Notes under the pieces: generated by a model
The model's input: the letters and a program-made list of their open reading frames with translations, nothing else
What the model was told of the DNA's origin: nothing
Database searches by the model: none
Assembly: GCF_006345805.1 (NCBI RefSeq)
Contig: NC_043008.1
Location: 68,014,001-68,078,000, forward strand
DNA from: Octopus sinensis
Taxonomy: Eukaryota
Length of the DNA: 64,000 nt
Reading direction: 5' to 3'
Position numbers and translations under genes: made by a program
Shown: positions 1 through 11,907 of the stretch, one piece after another
How positions within the stretch are numbered: the first letter of the stretch is position 1
How the letters are laid out: every line of letters begins with the position of its first letter

Positions 1-224
1 CAGACCATGTTAACACCAAAAATTATTTACATCAAAAAGGTACTTTTTTTCTATGAAAATCCCTATTTTTTTACTGCTGTGTGGCCATTTTTTGGTGTAT
101 TTCAACCAGAAAAATGTTCACTTAAAAACAATAACAAGCTACATAATGCCAAATTTTTACTTTTCAAAAATTCCAATTCTAAAGGGTTGAAACAAACGCA
201 AGCGACGCCGGTCGATACTGCAAG
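1..224 (+). mobile_element. Probable Helitron 3' end fragment
   Basis: Ends in a short GC hairpin (CGAC-GCCG-GTCG) followed by ATACTGCAAG|T, resembling the Helitron hairpin + CTRR terminus with one mismatch. Confidence 0.35.
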
Positions 225-576
225 TATATATATATATATATATATACATGTGGTTGGGAAGCAAACAAACTCCTTACCATTCAACCATGCTTGCACTTAT
301 GTATGTATGTTTGTGTGTGTGTGTGTGTGTATTCCTATACACTCAAGATGAATTGATTTGTGCTGGTGCCATGAAAAATGTAATGACGTACATACTGTGA
401 GGTGGCTGGCATTAGGAGTGGTATCAAGCCATAGAAACCATACCAAAGTAGACAACAGAACCTGACATAATCTTCCAATCTTTTGGATCCTATTGAATAT
501 CCAGCCAATGCTTGCATGGAAGACAGATGTTAAAATATGATGATGGTGATGGTTTAGGTTTTATATATATATATAA

Positions 577-992
577 GACCTGTTGAGGCAAGTGAAATCA
601 AAATCAAATTCAATGACTGGCATCCGTGCTAGTGGAGCGCTAAGAGCACCAGCCGAGTGTGATCATTACCAGCGTTGCCTTACTGGCATGTGAAAAAACA
701 TTCGAGCAAGGTCATTGCCAGTGCTGCTGGACTGGCTCCTGAGCAGGTGGCATATAAAAAACACCATTTGAACATGGCCGTTGCCAGTACCGCCTGACTG
801 GCCCTTGTGCTGGTGGCACGTAAAAGCACCCACTATACTCTCAGAGTGGTTGGTGTTAGGAAGGGCATCCAGCTGTAGAACTCTGCCAGATCAGATTGGA
901 ACCTGGTGCAGCCATCTGGTTCACCAGTCCTCAGTCAAATCGTCCAACCCATGCTAGCATGAAAAGCGGACGTTAAACGATGATGATGATGA
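577..992 (+). mobile_element. RTE LINE 3' UTR fragment with (GAT)n tail
   Basis: Reverse complement of the non-coding 3' ends of the RTE copies at 23461-23945 and 52444-52980; ends ...catgctagcatgaaaagcggacgttaaacgatgatgatgat. Confidence 0.8.
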
Positions 993-1906
993 TATATATA
1001 TATAGAGAGAGAGAGATAGATAGATATATATATATATACTTATGTATGTATATTAATCATCATTTTATAGCTGCTTTGTAAGCTAGCATGGGCTGGACAG
1101 ATTACCATGTCTAAGTCAGTTCATATTGCATGCCATTGTCTTTTTAGAGGGGATGGCAGACCACTTCATGGTCTTACATTTTCATTTTTGGCTTAGTTTT
1201 CTATAGCTGAATGTCATTCCTATTATCAACCATTTTATAGAATGTACTAGGTGCATTTTATCATGGTACCAACACAAGAGATATGACTAAAGAGTCCTCT
1301 CAACCCAACACTTTCTCCACCTGCTCACCAGCCATTTATGTGTGTGTGTGTGTGTGTAAAAAGCACTCGGTCCACTCGTGTTAGGAAAGGCATCCAGCTA
1401 TAAAAACCCTGCCAAAACAGACACAGTAGCCTAGGGTAGTCTGCTACCTGGTCAGCTCCTGTATATCAGCCTACCCATGCATGCAGGGAAGATGGGCATT
1501 AAACGATGATGATGATAAAGAGATGTGTGTGTGTGTGTGTATATGCATGCATAGGTGCAGGTGTGACGGTGTGGTAATAAGTCTGCTTCCCAACCACATG
1601 GTTCTGGGTTCCGTCACAGCATGACACTTTGAGCAAGTGTCTTCTACAATAGTTCCAGGCCAATCAAAGCTTTGTGAGTGGATTTGGTTGACAGAAACTG
1701 AAAAAAGTCTGTATATTCTTTCTTCCCAATATTCTGTGAATTATCAGAGAAAATTTTTTACCTTATCTGGAAACTGGTAAGAGCTAACAACAGGAAGGGC
1801 ATCAGGGCATAAAAAAATCTGCCTCAACAAATTCCATTTATGAAATTCAGTACATGAAAGTATGGAAAAGGGAACATTAAGATGATGATACACACACAAC
1901 TATATG

Positions 1907-1984
<78 letters not shown>

Positions 1985-1987
<3 letters not shown>

Positions 1988-2570
1988 AATGTAGGATAAA
2001 ACTTTTTTCGAAAAAAATTCTTTTCCGAAAAAAATTTTATCAATGGCCAGCATATTAAAAAATACCTTTAAAGGTTAAATTTATAAACAATTCATAGATA
2101 ACAGCAAACGAAAAAATTTCTAATGCCAAATATGCCGAAAAATTGGACATAATGTCCATTAACCATATAATTTTTTCACAATACGCACGCTACTCAAAAA
2201 AAGGTGGACAGAAATTTCCAATTAAATCTATTATTACCATATCAGACCTATTTCAGGGTTAGCTTATAACAGCCCTCCCTTCGTCAGTGATACATGTGGC
2301 AAAAGAAATAAATGAGATACTTACTCATACCCATGGAAGAAGCAAACACTAAGTCATGAGCACAATTAAGTACCCCAAATACATCCAAAATAGAAATACT
2401 CCAGCCCATTCGAGACACGTGCGATTTGAACTGATGCTCTCACAGAGTGAAAGAGTCCAGAAGTGAACGCTTAAATTTATATCTAATGTAGGATAAAACT
2501 TTTTTCCCAAAAAATTCTTTTCCAAAAAAAATGTTATCAATGGCCTTATCTTCGTTTGCCCTTATCTATG

Positions 2571-2574
<4 letters not shown>
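1985..2574 (-). mobile_element. Hammerhead-containing Penelope-pLTR/retrozyme-like element in (TA)n
   Basis: 64-bp direct repeat (1985-2048 and 2482-2545, period 497); terminal 2546-2574 is an inverted copy of about 2089-2115; minus-strand hammerhead at 2240-2292; (TA)n on both sides. Confidence 0.7.
2240..2292 (-). ncRNA. Minimal type I hammerhead ribozyme
   Basis: Minus strand reads TATCA-CTGACGA-AGGG...CCCT-GAAA-TAGG-TC-TGATA: intact core, 5-bp stem I, 4-bp stem II, minimal stem III, GUC cleavage triplet. Confidence 0.75.
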
Positions 2575-2605
<31 letters not shown>

Positions 2606-2609
<4 letters not shown>

Positions 2610-2841
2610 AAATAATATGTGACAATTATTCAATAGCCAAGATAAAACTCTGAGTTTTGGATGCCGAGGTGGAAAACCAGATAACTGAAGAGATGGTGTT
2701 GTGGATTTCCACCTCAGCATCCGAAACTCAGAGTTTTATCTTGGTTATTGAATAATTGTCACATATTATTTTACAGATAAATTTCTTCTATTTACATAAT
2801 ATTGAGGTCTCTTTCTTTCTTTTGTTATCTTACCGTTTTTA

Positions 2842-2845
<4 letters not shown>
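2606..2845 (+). mobile_element. Hammerhead-containing element with 5' inverted arm in (TA)n
   Basis: 74-bp inverted repeat 2606-2679 / 2702-2775 overlapping a plus-strand hammerhead; flanked by (TA)n. Confidence 0.7.
2679..2741 (+). ncRNA. Type I hammerhead ribozyme
   Basis: AGATAA-CTGAAGA-GATG...CATCC-GAAA-CTCAGAG-TT-TTATCT: intact core, 6-bp stem I, near-palindromic stem III, GUU triplet; stem II appears to have lost one G. Confidence 0.7.
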
Positions 2846-2874
<29 letters not shown>

Positions 2875-2876
<2 letters not shown>

Positions 2877-3490
2877 TCATCATCATCATCATCATTTAGC
2901 GACCGCTTTCCATGCTAGCATGGGTTGGACAGTTCAACTGGGGTCTGGGAAGCCAGAAGGCTGCATCAGGCCCAGTCTGATCTGGCAGTGTTTCTACGGC
3001 TGGATGCCCTTCCTAACGCCTACCACTCCATGAGTGTAGTAGTGGGTGCTTTTTACATGCCACCCGCACAGGTGCCAGACGGAGCTGGCAGACGACCACG
3101 AACGGATGGTGCTTTTACATGCCACTGGCACGGGGGCCAGGCGAGGCTGGCAATGGCCAAGAACGGATGGTGCTACATGCCACCGGCACGGGGGCCAGGC
3201 GAGGCTGGCAACGGACACAAATGGATGGTGCTTTTACGTGCCACCGGCACGGAGGCCAGTCGGGGCGGCACTGGCAACGGCCACGATCGGATGGTTCGCT
3301 TAAACACAGCTGCAATTTCCATTGATGTTGATCAACTTCGATTTTGGTTCTGCTTTCTAATATCTGATTTGATTTGGTTTGATTTTGATTTTCACTTGTC
3401 TCAACGGGTCTTCACAAGTGGAGTTTTGTGTCCCAAGAAGGAAAGGTATGTAGGCCACAGGTTATGTTCTCACTAGTCTTGCCGGGTCTT
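2875..3490 (-). mobile_element. RTE LINE 3' UTR fragment with internal ~60-bp GC-rich repeats
   Basis: (CAT)n then tttagcgaccgctttccatgctagc..., closely similar to 52444-53070; repeated gccaccggcacg...ggctggcaacgg...ggatggtgcttttac units. Confidence 0.85.
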
Positions 3491-3528
3491 ATATATATAT
3501 ATATATATACTGTATATATATATATATA

Positions 3529-3818
3529 CAGTGGTGGACTGACCTGGTTGCCAGCTTGCCTGATGGCAAGTGGGCCGCTGCGCCAATGGAATCCATATAT
3601 GGGGGCCTTTGTTAGTATCTAAGAGGCCCATACCCTCAAGTTTGAGAATTTTTTATTCGCTCGTGGACAAATGCATTAATTATTTCAGCTTGACTATGTT
3701 TGTAGACAGTTAAAAAGAATACTTTTAACAAAAGAAAAATTAAATGATAGCATTGTAGTTGCAGGTGAGCCCCCTTAGTCTCCTGGCAACCAATATTTTT
3801 AGACCCAGTCCACCATTG
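3529..3818. mobile_element. hAT-like MITE
   Basis: Terminal inverted repeats CAGTGGTGGACTG / CAGTCCACCATTG, inserted in (TA)n; non-coding. Confidence 0.6.
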
Positions 3819-3844
3819 TATATATATATATATTATATATATTA

Positions 3845-4218
3845 GGCACAGGAGTGGCTGTGGTAAGTAGCTTGCTAACCAACCACATGGTTCCAGGTTC
3901 AGTCCCACTGCGTGGCATCTTGGGCAAGTGTCTTCTGCTATAGCCCCGGGCCGACCGATGCCTTGTGAGTGGATTTGGTAGACGGAAACTGAAAGAAGCC
4001 TGTCGTATATATATATATGTGTGTGTGTTTGTCCCCCTAGCATTGCTTGAGAACCGATGCTGGTGTGTTTACGTCCCCGTCACTTAGCGGTTCGGCAAAA
4101 GAGACCTATGGAATAAGTACTGGGCTTACAAAGAATAAGTCCCGGGGTCGATTTGCTCGACTAAAGGCGGTGCTCCAGCATTGCATCAGTCAAATGACTG
4201 AAACAAGTAAAAAAGTAA

Positions 4219-4219
<1 letters not shown>
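3845..4219 (+). mobile_element. tRNA-derived CORE-type SINE (OR2-like), full length
   Basis: tRNA-like head (gtggtaag...ggttcagtccc), CORE-like cttgggcaagtgtcttct, internal (TA)/(TG) tract; many copies in the window. Confidence 0.8.
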
Positions 4220-4275
<56 letters not shown>

Positions 4276-4276
<1 letters not shown>

Positions 4277-4653
4277 GTGAGCAAAACGCCCCTGTCCATT
4301 GGACAGTGCTGAGTTGTCAAACATTTAAACCAAATTTTCTCAAAACAACTTTTCCAACCATCCCATAGGCCTCCCCTTGAGAAACACTGATTTAACCTAA
4401 ATTTGAGACACCAGCAAAAGAAGAAATAAAGATAGACTTTTTTCTATTCCAAGAAAAACGATTTTACAAATACACGCTCCCACGGCTTTATTTATCGCAT
4501 TCTCACTTGAAATCAATTTTTGTAATTTTATCAAGACTTATATATACCCTGATACCGTCGGCATCTACATATCAAATTTGAGTGCAATGGGATGGAGGAT
4601 GCCCGAGATCCTAGAAGACATACTCACAGACAGACAGAATGGATTTTATATAT
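4276..4653 (-). mobile_element. Non-autonomous Helitron-like fragment
   Basis: Ends acagacagacag...ttttatatata, which is a Helitron-type 5' end on the minus strand; abuts the mariner TIR. Confidence 0.35.
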
Positions 4654-5158
4654 AAGGTTGTGCCAAAAGTTCGTAAACACTTGCGAAAATTTGAATTTTT
4701 ATGCAATTTTTAATTGTTTGTTTGGGTTTATATTGTTATAGTTACCTTCATCTTTATATTCCAGATGCCCATGAATAAAATTGAGCTGCGAGTTTTGATT
4801 CGTTACTGCTGGAAGCGAGGTCTTTCAACCAGAAAAGCTGCAGAAGAGATTTGTGCTGCCGAAGGTGAAGGAACAATTGCATATGCGGCGATCTCAAAGT
4901 GGTACAAGCGTTTCGATTCTGGCGACATGACTCTTGAAGATAAGCCTCGTTCAGGACGGTCATTAAAGTTAGATGATGGAGACTTACAAACCGGGTTGAA
5001 CATTGCGCCTTCATCGAGTACTCGAGAATTGGCTGATGAGCTTGGAGTTGGCAAATCAACAATTCACCGACACTTGAGGCAACTTGATTTTGTTCACAAA
5101 AAGCCGCGCCAAGATCCACACGAACTCACCGAAGCACAAGCCAACAGACGAGTAGATA
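4654..5158 (+). mobile_element. Mariner transposon 5' fragment (TIR + N-terminal HTH of transposase, ATG about 4765)
   Basis: TIR-like taaggttgtgccaaaagttcg; ORF LRVLIRYCWKRG...KWYKRFDSGDMTLEDKPRSGR...TRELADELGV matches the mariner DNA-binding region; truncated into (CA)n before the DDD domain. Confidence 0.9.
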
Positions 5159-5556
5159 TACACACTCACACACACACACACACACGTCTTGATCACAACT
5201 GTCCAACAAACAAGAATATGAAACTCTGAGTTACAGTTTTTTGTGATCTTTTTGCAGCTTTAATAATAAAAAAAGTATATATATATATGCATGTATGTAA
5301 ACCTACGTAGAATACAAACATGGCATATTTCTTTGTAAATTGAAAAACAAAATGAACATCTTTAATTGACTTTCAAACCTTATTTGAATCTCATTAAAGG
5401 TGTCTACTTCACTTGTAAGTAATTTGCTAATCTGTCCATACATACAACAAATCCTGTCGCTTTAGAGAACTGGAGCTACTAATTTGCATACCATAAGTGT
5501 TTAACATTTTATTTAAAAGCAGCATCCTGTCAACAGGGTGGGTGTGTGTGTGTGTG

Positions 5557-5788
5557 TGTTGGCCTGGTAGTTTCTTGTAGGTAGGCATTGATCTTGGGCA
5601 GCTATGATAAACCCTTCTGTTTCTGATTTTAAGCCAGAAGCCACTTAAAATATCACAACTGACAAGCAAATCTGTGATATTGAGCAGAATATTTGTTGTA
5701 GCCCATCTTTTATACCAAGACAAAACAATGTATATTATAATGATTTCAATCAGTTAAAATCAGAAACCATGAGAGCCACTGCCTGGTA
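5557..5788 (-). mobile_element. Chimera: 5' part of 545-bp element joined to Dong/R4-like coding fragment
   Basis: 5557-5640 matches 6210-6295 (GLKxETEGFIIAA); 5655-5788 matches the end of the 545-bp repeat at 9925-10055. Confidence 0.7.
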
Positions 5789-5931
5789 TTCTGAGTTCAA
5801 ATTCCACTGGGGTCAACTTGGCCTATCATCCTTTCGGGGTCAATTAAATAAGTACCAGTGAAACTCTGGGGTCAATATGATTGACTAGTTCCTTCCCCCA
5901 AATTTCAGGCCATGTGCCTATTGTAGAAAGG

Positions 5932-5971
<40 letters not shown>

Positions 5972-6074
5972 TATTATTATTATTATTGAGTGTGGGGTCG
6001 ATGTGATCAACTTTCCTTACCCACCCCCAAAATATCAGAGCTTGTGCCTTTAAAAGAAAAGATTACCTTTATTA

Positions 6075-6679
6075 TTATTATATTGTGCTGCTCTATCATG
6101 CCTGTTGAGATACTCTGTAGGTACAAGACTGCACATGGAGACAACACGATCAATGGTTTCATTTTGTTGTTGACATACACAACATGTTGGGCAGCTGCTG
6201 TTCTTTAATATGTTGGCCTGGTAGTTTCTTGTAGGTAGGCATTGATCTTCGGCTGCTATGATAAACCCTTCTGTTTCTGCTTTTAAGCCAGAATCCACTA
6301 ACCATTGATGGGTAAGGGCTTTGTCAACTTCAGCACTATTAGCTCTCTTTGGGTATTTGCCAATGAGAGGTTTTTCTTGCCATTTACTAGTAAGAATATC
6401 TAAAGCAGCAGTTATAGCACGGGTTTTCATATGCTTAGCTTTTTCTGTTCTTGTTTCTAATACATCTAATTCTGGAATTTGTTGTATTTGGAATTCACTT
6501 AGATATTCCTTTGCCTGTTTTATTACTGAGTATGGTTAAGGTCAAACAACTGACAAGCAAATCTGTGGTATTGAGCAGAATATTTGCTGTAGCCCATCGT
6601 TTATACCAAGACAAAACAATGTACATGATAACACTTCCAAACCATGAGAGCCGCTGCCTAGTACTGCATCAGGGCATTT
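6075..6679 (-). mobile_element. Dong/R4-clade non-LTR retrotransposon fragment (zinc-knuckle region) capped by the 5' part of the 545-bp element
   Basis: ORF 6050-6430: HQWL..GLKAETEGFIIAAEDQCLPTRNY...CCVC..NETID...C...EYLNRHD, typical of RLE-type R4/Dong C-termini; flanked by (ATT)n. Confidence 0.8.
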
Positions 6680-6720
6680 ATTATTATTATTATTATTTAT
6701 TATTATTATTATTATTATCA

Positions 6721-6759
<39 letters not shown>

Positions 6760-7419
6760 TATTATTATTTATTATTATTATTATTGTTGTTATTTTCATC
6801 ATTATTGTTATTGTAATTTCTATTCTGCATTTTACTTTATGTGTTTATATGACCTTAAATGGTTCATCTTTCATGTTTACCATTTAATTTATTCTGACTA
6901 CAGAGATTTTTTTCCCCCACTTTCCCATGTGAATGAATTATGGCAAAACAGAAGAAACTTTCAAAACAAAAATAAGGAGATTTAATCAAATAACAAAATG
7001 GAGTGAAATTTAAAGAAAGCAGACATAATAATGATGATGATGATCATCATCATCATCATCATTTCTTTATTAGCCACAAGGATTAAAAAAGATACAGGGG
7101 ATTGACATAGATGTGTGTAGTGGAGGGGATAAGTTATACAAGTACAGGGGGTGTGAATGAAAGACATAAATATATAAGGGGATGAAATTAAAAGTTATAA
7201 AGCACAAATTTTTACACAGAATAAATAAATGAATAAATTTTTAAAAAATAAACATTAAAGTACATAATGATGAAAAAGAAATAAAACACGAAAATGTATG
7301 GTTTTTGATGACACATAGAGGGGAAAAAAACAATTATGTTGGTCCAGGGCACTCCACCATCCAACACATATGCCATTGTTTGTAATAGTAGGAAAAATAA
7401 TCTTTTCTATTATATTATA

Positions 7420-7527
7420 TGAAGGACAAAGTCAACCTCGGTTGAATTTGAACTCAGAACATCAAGCCAGAAGAAATGCTGCTAAGCATTTTGTCCAGCA
7501 TGCTAATGTTTCTGCCAGCTCACTACC

Positions 7528-7560
<33 letters not shown>

Positions 7561-7798
7561 TAATAATAATAATGATAATAATAATAATAATCCTTTCTAC
7601 TAAAGACACGAGGTTTGAAATTTGTGGGTGGTGGGCAGGGTTAAGTCGACCACATTGACTCCAGGACATAACAGGTACTTATTTCATCAACCTTGAAAGG
7701 ATGAAAAGCAAAGTCAAACTTCACAGAATTTGAACTTAGAACATGAAAATGGACGAAATACTGCTAAGCATTTTACCCAGCATGCTAACAATTTTGCC

Positions 7799-7833
<35 letters not shown>

Positions 7834-8047
7834 CCTTTCTACTGTAAACACAAGGCCTGAAACTTTGGGGGAGAGGGGTTAGTTGATCACATCGACTCCA
7901 GTACTTGACTGGTACTTATTTTATCAACCCTAAAAGGATGAAAGGCAAAGTCAACCTGGTGGAATTTGAACTCAGAACATAGCAATGGACGAAATACCAC
8001 TAAGCATTTCACCCGGCATGCTAACGATTCTGCCAGCTCACTGCATT
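7420..8047 (-). mobile_element. Three tandem Meta/Sauria-like tRNA SINE copies separated by (AAT)n
   Basis: Repeated (aaaggatgaaag)gcaaagtcaac...gaatttgaactcagaac...gctaagcatttt...tgccagctcac, the reverse of the SINE at 27568-27805; the first copy is partial. Confidence 0.75.
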
Positions 8048-8076
8048 AATAATAATAGTAATAATAATAATAATAA

Positions 8077-8116
<40 letters not shown>

Positions 8117-8119
<3 letters not shown>

Positions 8120-8327
8120 TATTCAGACAAATACATAACAAAAACACCAGGACTTACAAACACATATAACATACAGAAAATTGCACTACTAGGCACTGCA
8201 CACATCCTACGCAGAACACTTTCCATACAATAACCATCAGAGCATCACAACAAATCACAGCACATACCCAAGGCACACAGAGCTGTGCTCGGTAGTGAAG
8301 TGAAAGCACGCTATAAAAATAAAACTA

Positions 8328-8330
<3 letters not shown>
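8117..8330 (+). mobile_element. Dong/R4-like 3' end in (AAT)n
   Basis: Encodes IQKIALLGTAHILRRTLSIQ*, the typical R4/Dong C-terminus, followed by a short 3' UTR; both sides are (AAT)n. Confidence 0.8.
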
Positions 8331-8366
<36 letters not shown>

Positions 8367-8690
8367 TTCTTTAATCATCTACTCTCATTTTTTGTTTTAC
8401 GGTTTTTTTTTGTGGGGAAGGGTCTTTTTTTTTCTTTTACTATCAGATAAGTTATCAGTGCTCTTACAACATTTTGTCAATCTTTAAGTTCCTTGTTTGT
8501 CTGAAATATAGTTCATGGATAAATATTTTATGATGAAAAATAAAAATGGTAAAGTGATTCTTTGTAAAATTGCATATCTAAACACTTTTCTTTTCCCTCT
8601 AGCCCACTTTCTTATCTTCTTCTAGCTTCTAGTATATTTTGTCAAATACACACACATACAATATATATTTACATATAATAATATATACAT

Positions 8691-8744
<54 letters not shown>

Positions 8745-8820
8745 TATATATATGTATATATATACACACACATATGTATAGACATATGTATATATATATA
8801 CATATTATACATACATATAC

Positions 8821-8853
<33 letters not shown>

Positions 8854-9279
8854 TACACATATATGTCTATATCTGTGTGTGTGTTATATAAAGAGAACTG
8901 GATGTTTGGATTTTCAGCTTTACTGTTCTTGTCAGAAATCTAGGTTTAATAGTCAATTAGTTGGGGTCTGCAATAACTTAGGGACCATAATTGGTTTTTG
9001 ATAAGCTTACAGTAAGTTTACATGCAAAAATATGATACCATTTTCTTTTCTTCTTTTCTTTTTCTTTGTTCTGTGGAGTGACTTGGTGGGTGGGTGTTGT
9101 GTAAAGACTACATTAACAAAGAAAATACTAGAAATTTTCAGTGTAACACTTCTTACTCTTACTCTCCCTCTTTCACTCAGACACTCTTACAAAAATGTAC
9201 ACATACTCTCCCAGTCTATGACCTTTTTTAAACAGATCCTTCACTAAAAGCTAGCAGCTGATTACCATTATTATTATTG

Positions 9280-9495
9280 GCAATGAGTAGGCAGAAATGT
9301 TGGTTAGTATGCTGGGCAAAATGCATAGCAACATTTTATCTATCTTTTACATTCTGAGTTCAAATTTTACCAAGGTTGACTTTGCCTTTCATCCTGTCTG
9401 GGTTGATGAATTAAATACCAGTCAAGCACTAAGGTCAATGTAATCAACTTGTACCCTCCTCCAAAATTTCAGATTTTGTGCCTATTGTAGAAAGG
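9280..9495 (+). mobile_element. Meta/Sauria-like tRNA SINE
   Basis: ttctgagttcaaatt...gactttgcctttcatcct...gggttgat...taccag core; (ATT)n tail. Confidence 0.7.
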
Positions 9496-9520
9496 ATTAT
9501 TATTATTGTTATTATTATTA

Positions 9521-10067
9521 TTGAGCAGTGCATGCCATCAAAGTGACCCGGGGGTAAAATATACAAAGCCCAGTATATCCATCATGACTACCCGTCTGAT
9601 TAGGGTACACTAGGCACATGCATCACAACCATATGTGCACGGCATGGTGATCTCATATCAAGTAAACAGCACATGACCTTGCAGGTGGGGCCGAGTTAGA
9701 ATTTTCTTCGAGTCGAGTAACCCATCCAGCTCAAAAGGTCCCTGAATAAGGGTCGTTTAAGGATGATGAACGAAACACCCAAGTTTCTAGAGGTGAATTA
9801 TTCAAACCCCAAAGAATCCTTCTCAACACATGGCTAAGATGCTCCCCCACTACTTCTGTTCATGATCAGAGATGCACATATCGTCAGCCAACAAGGGACA
9901 TGTTCAACTGGTTACGGTCAAACAACTGACAAGCAAGTCTGTGGTATTGAGCAGAATATTTGCTGTAGCCCATCTTTTATACCAAGACAAAACAATGTAC
10001 ATGATAACACTTCCAATCAGTTAAGATCAGAAGCCATGAGAGCCACTGCCTGGTACTGCATTAGGGC

Positions 10068-10110
<43 letters not shown>

Positions 10111-10662
10111 GAGTGAGAGAGCAGTGCATGCCATCAAAGTGACACTGGGGTAAAATATACGAAGCCCAGTATACCCATCATGACTACCCGTCTGATAAGG
10201 GTACACCAGGCGCATGCATCACAACCATATGTGCGCGACATGATGATCTCATATCAAGATAAACAGCACATGACCTTGTAGGTGGGGCCCAGTTAGAATT
10301 TTCTTCTGGTCGAGTAACCCATCCTGCTCAAAAGGTCCCTGAGTAAGGGATGTTTAAGGATGTTGAACGAAACACCCATGTTTCCAGAGGTGAATTATTC
10401 AAACCCCAAAGAATCCCTCTCAACACATGGCTATGATACTCCCCCACTACTTCTGCTCGTGATCAGAGATGCACATATCATCAGCCAACAAGGGACATGT
10501 TCAACTGGTTAAGGTCAAACAACTGACAAGAAAATCTGTGGTATTGAGCAGAATATTTGCTGTAGCCCATCTTTTATACCAAGACAAAACAATGATAACA
10601 CTTCCAATCAGTTAAGATCAGAAGCCATGAGAACCACTGCCTGGTACTGCATCAGGGCATTT
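9521..10662 (-). mobile_element. Two head-to-tail copies of a ~545-bp non-coding element in (ATT)n
   Basis: 9521-10070 and 10111-10662 are highly similar over their full length and separated and flanked by (ATT)n; partial copies at 5655, 6535 and 33125. Confidence 0.85.
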
Positions 10663-10680
10663 ATTATTATTATTATTATT

Positions 10681-10715
<35 letters not shown>

Positions 10716-10744
10716 TATTATTATTATTATTATTATTTATTTTA

Positions 10745-10778
<34 letters not shown>

Positions 10779-11010
10779 GTATGTTTGACTTTTGCTTTAC
10801 ATTTATACAAGTTGGCTCAAAGTCTCACCCAGAGACCTCAAGAGACAACAAGTTGGAAGTTCATGATGATGTTATGCCTAGGGTGCCATATATTTGGTTT
10901 TGTACTTAGTGTTGTACTAGTGAATGTTTAAAAAACCATAAGAAAATTGTTTGTTTTAAAACTTGAGATTACATAGAAAGTATTTTGCGTAGGATATGAG
11001 CAGTTCCCTA
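10779..11010 (-). mobile_element. Second Dong/R4-like family 3' end in (ATT)n
   Basis: Minus strand encodes IGTAHILRKILSM* followed by a 3' UTR different from 8117-8330. Confidence 0.7.
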
Positions 11011-11049
11011 TTATTATTATCATTATTATTATTATCATTATTATTATTA

Positions 11050-11104
<55 letters not shown>

Positions 11105-11224
11105 ATTATTATTATCATTATTAATAATAATATTATTATTATTATTATTAATATCATTATTATTATCATTATTATTATTATTTTATTATTATTATTATCA
11201 TTATTATTATTATTATTATTATTT

Positions 11225-11605
11225 AGGTGGTGAGCTGGCAGAATCATTGGCACGCCAAGCAAAATGCTTAGCAGCATTTTCTCTGTCTTTATGTTCTGAG
11301 TTCATATTCTGCTGAGGTCAACTTTGCTTTTCATCCTTTTGGGGGTCATAGATTAAGTACCAGTTACACAGTGGGGTCAATGTAATTGATTAACCCCCTC
11401 CCCAGCAGTGAGTTGGCAGAATTGTAAAGACATTGGAATAAATGCTTTGCAATAGTTGTTCTGGCTCTTTGCATTCTGGTCTCAAATCTGGCCAATTCGT
11501 CCATCTGGGATTGATAGAATAAAGTACCAGTTAGAAACTGAGGTCAATGATGTTGACTAATCCCGCCTCTCAAAACTACTGACCTTCTGCCCAAATCAGA
11601 GACCT
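11225..11605 (+). mobile_element. Two adjacent Meta/Sauria-like SINE copies
   Basis: ggtgagctggcagaatc...ctgagttca...ctttcatcc...agtaccag, present twice; the second copy is more diverged. Confidence 0.65.
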
Positions 11606-11609
11606 TTAT

Positions 11610-11821
11610 CTCTTTTACTCCCTTACTAGTTTCAGTCATTTGACTGTGGCCATGCTGGAGCGCCGCCTTTAGTTGAGCAAATCGACCCCAGGACTTATTC
11701 TTCGTAAGCCTAGTACTTATTCTATCGGTAACTTTTACCGAACCACTAAGTTATGGGGACAAAAACACACCATCATCGGTTGTCAAGCAATTTTGGGGGC
11801 GGGGACAAACACAGACACACA

Positions 11822-11907
<86 letters not shown>

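Noticed and set aside
2925-3476. 183-aa ORF and similar ORFs at 23533 and 52557
   Set aside because: Antisense reading of the GC-rich RTE 3' UTR repeats.
3845-3920. tRNA genes at SINE heads
   Set aside because: Only A/B-box-like remnants continuing into SINE bodies; no complete cloverleaf.
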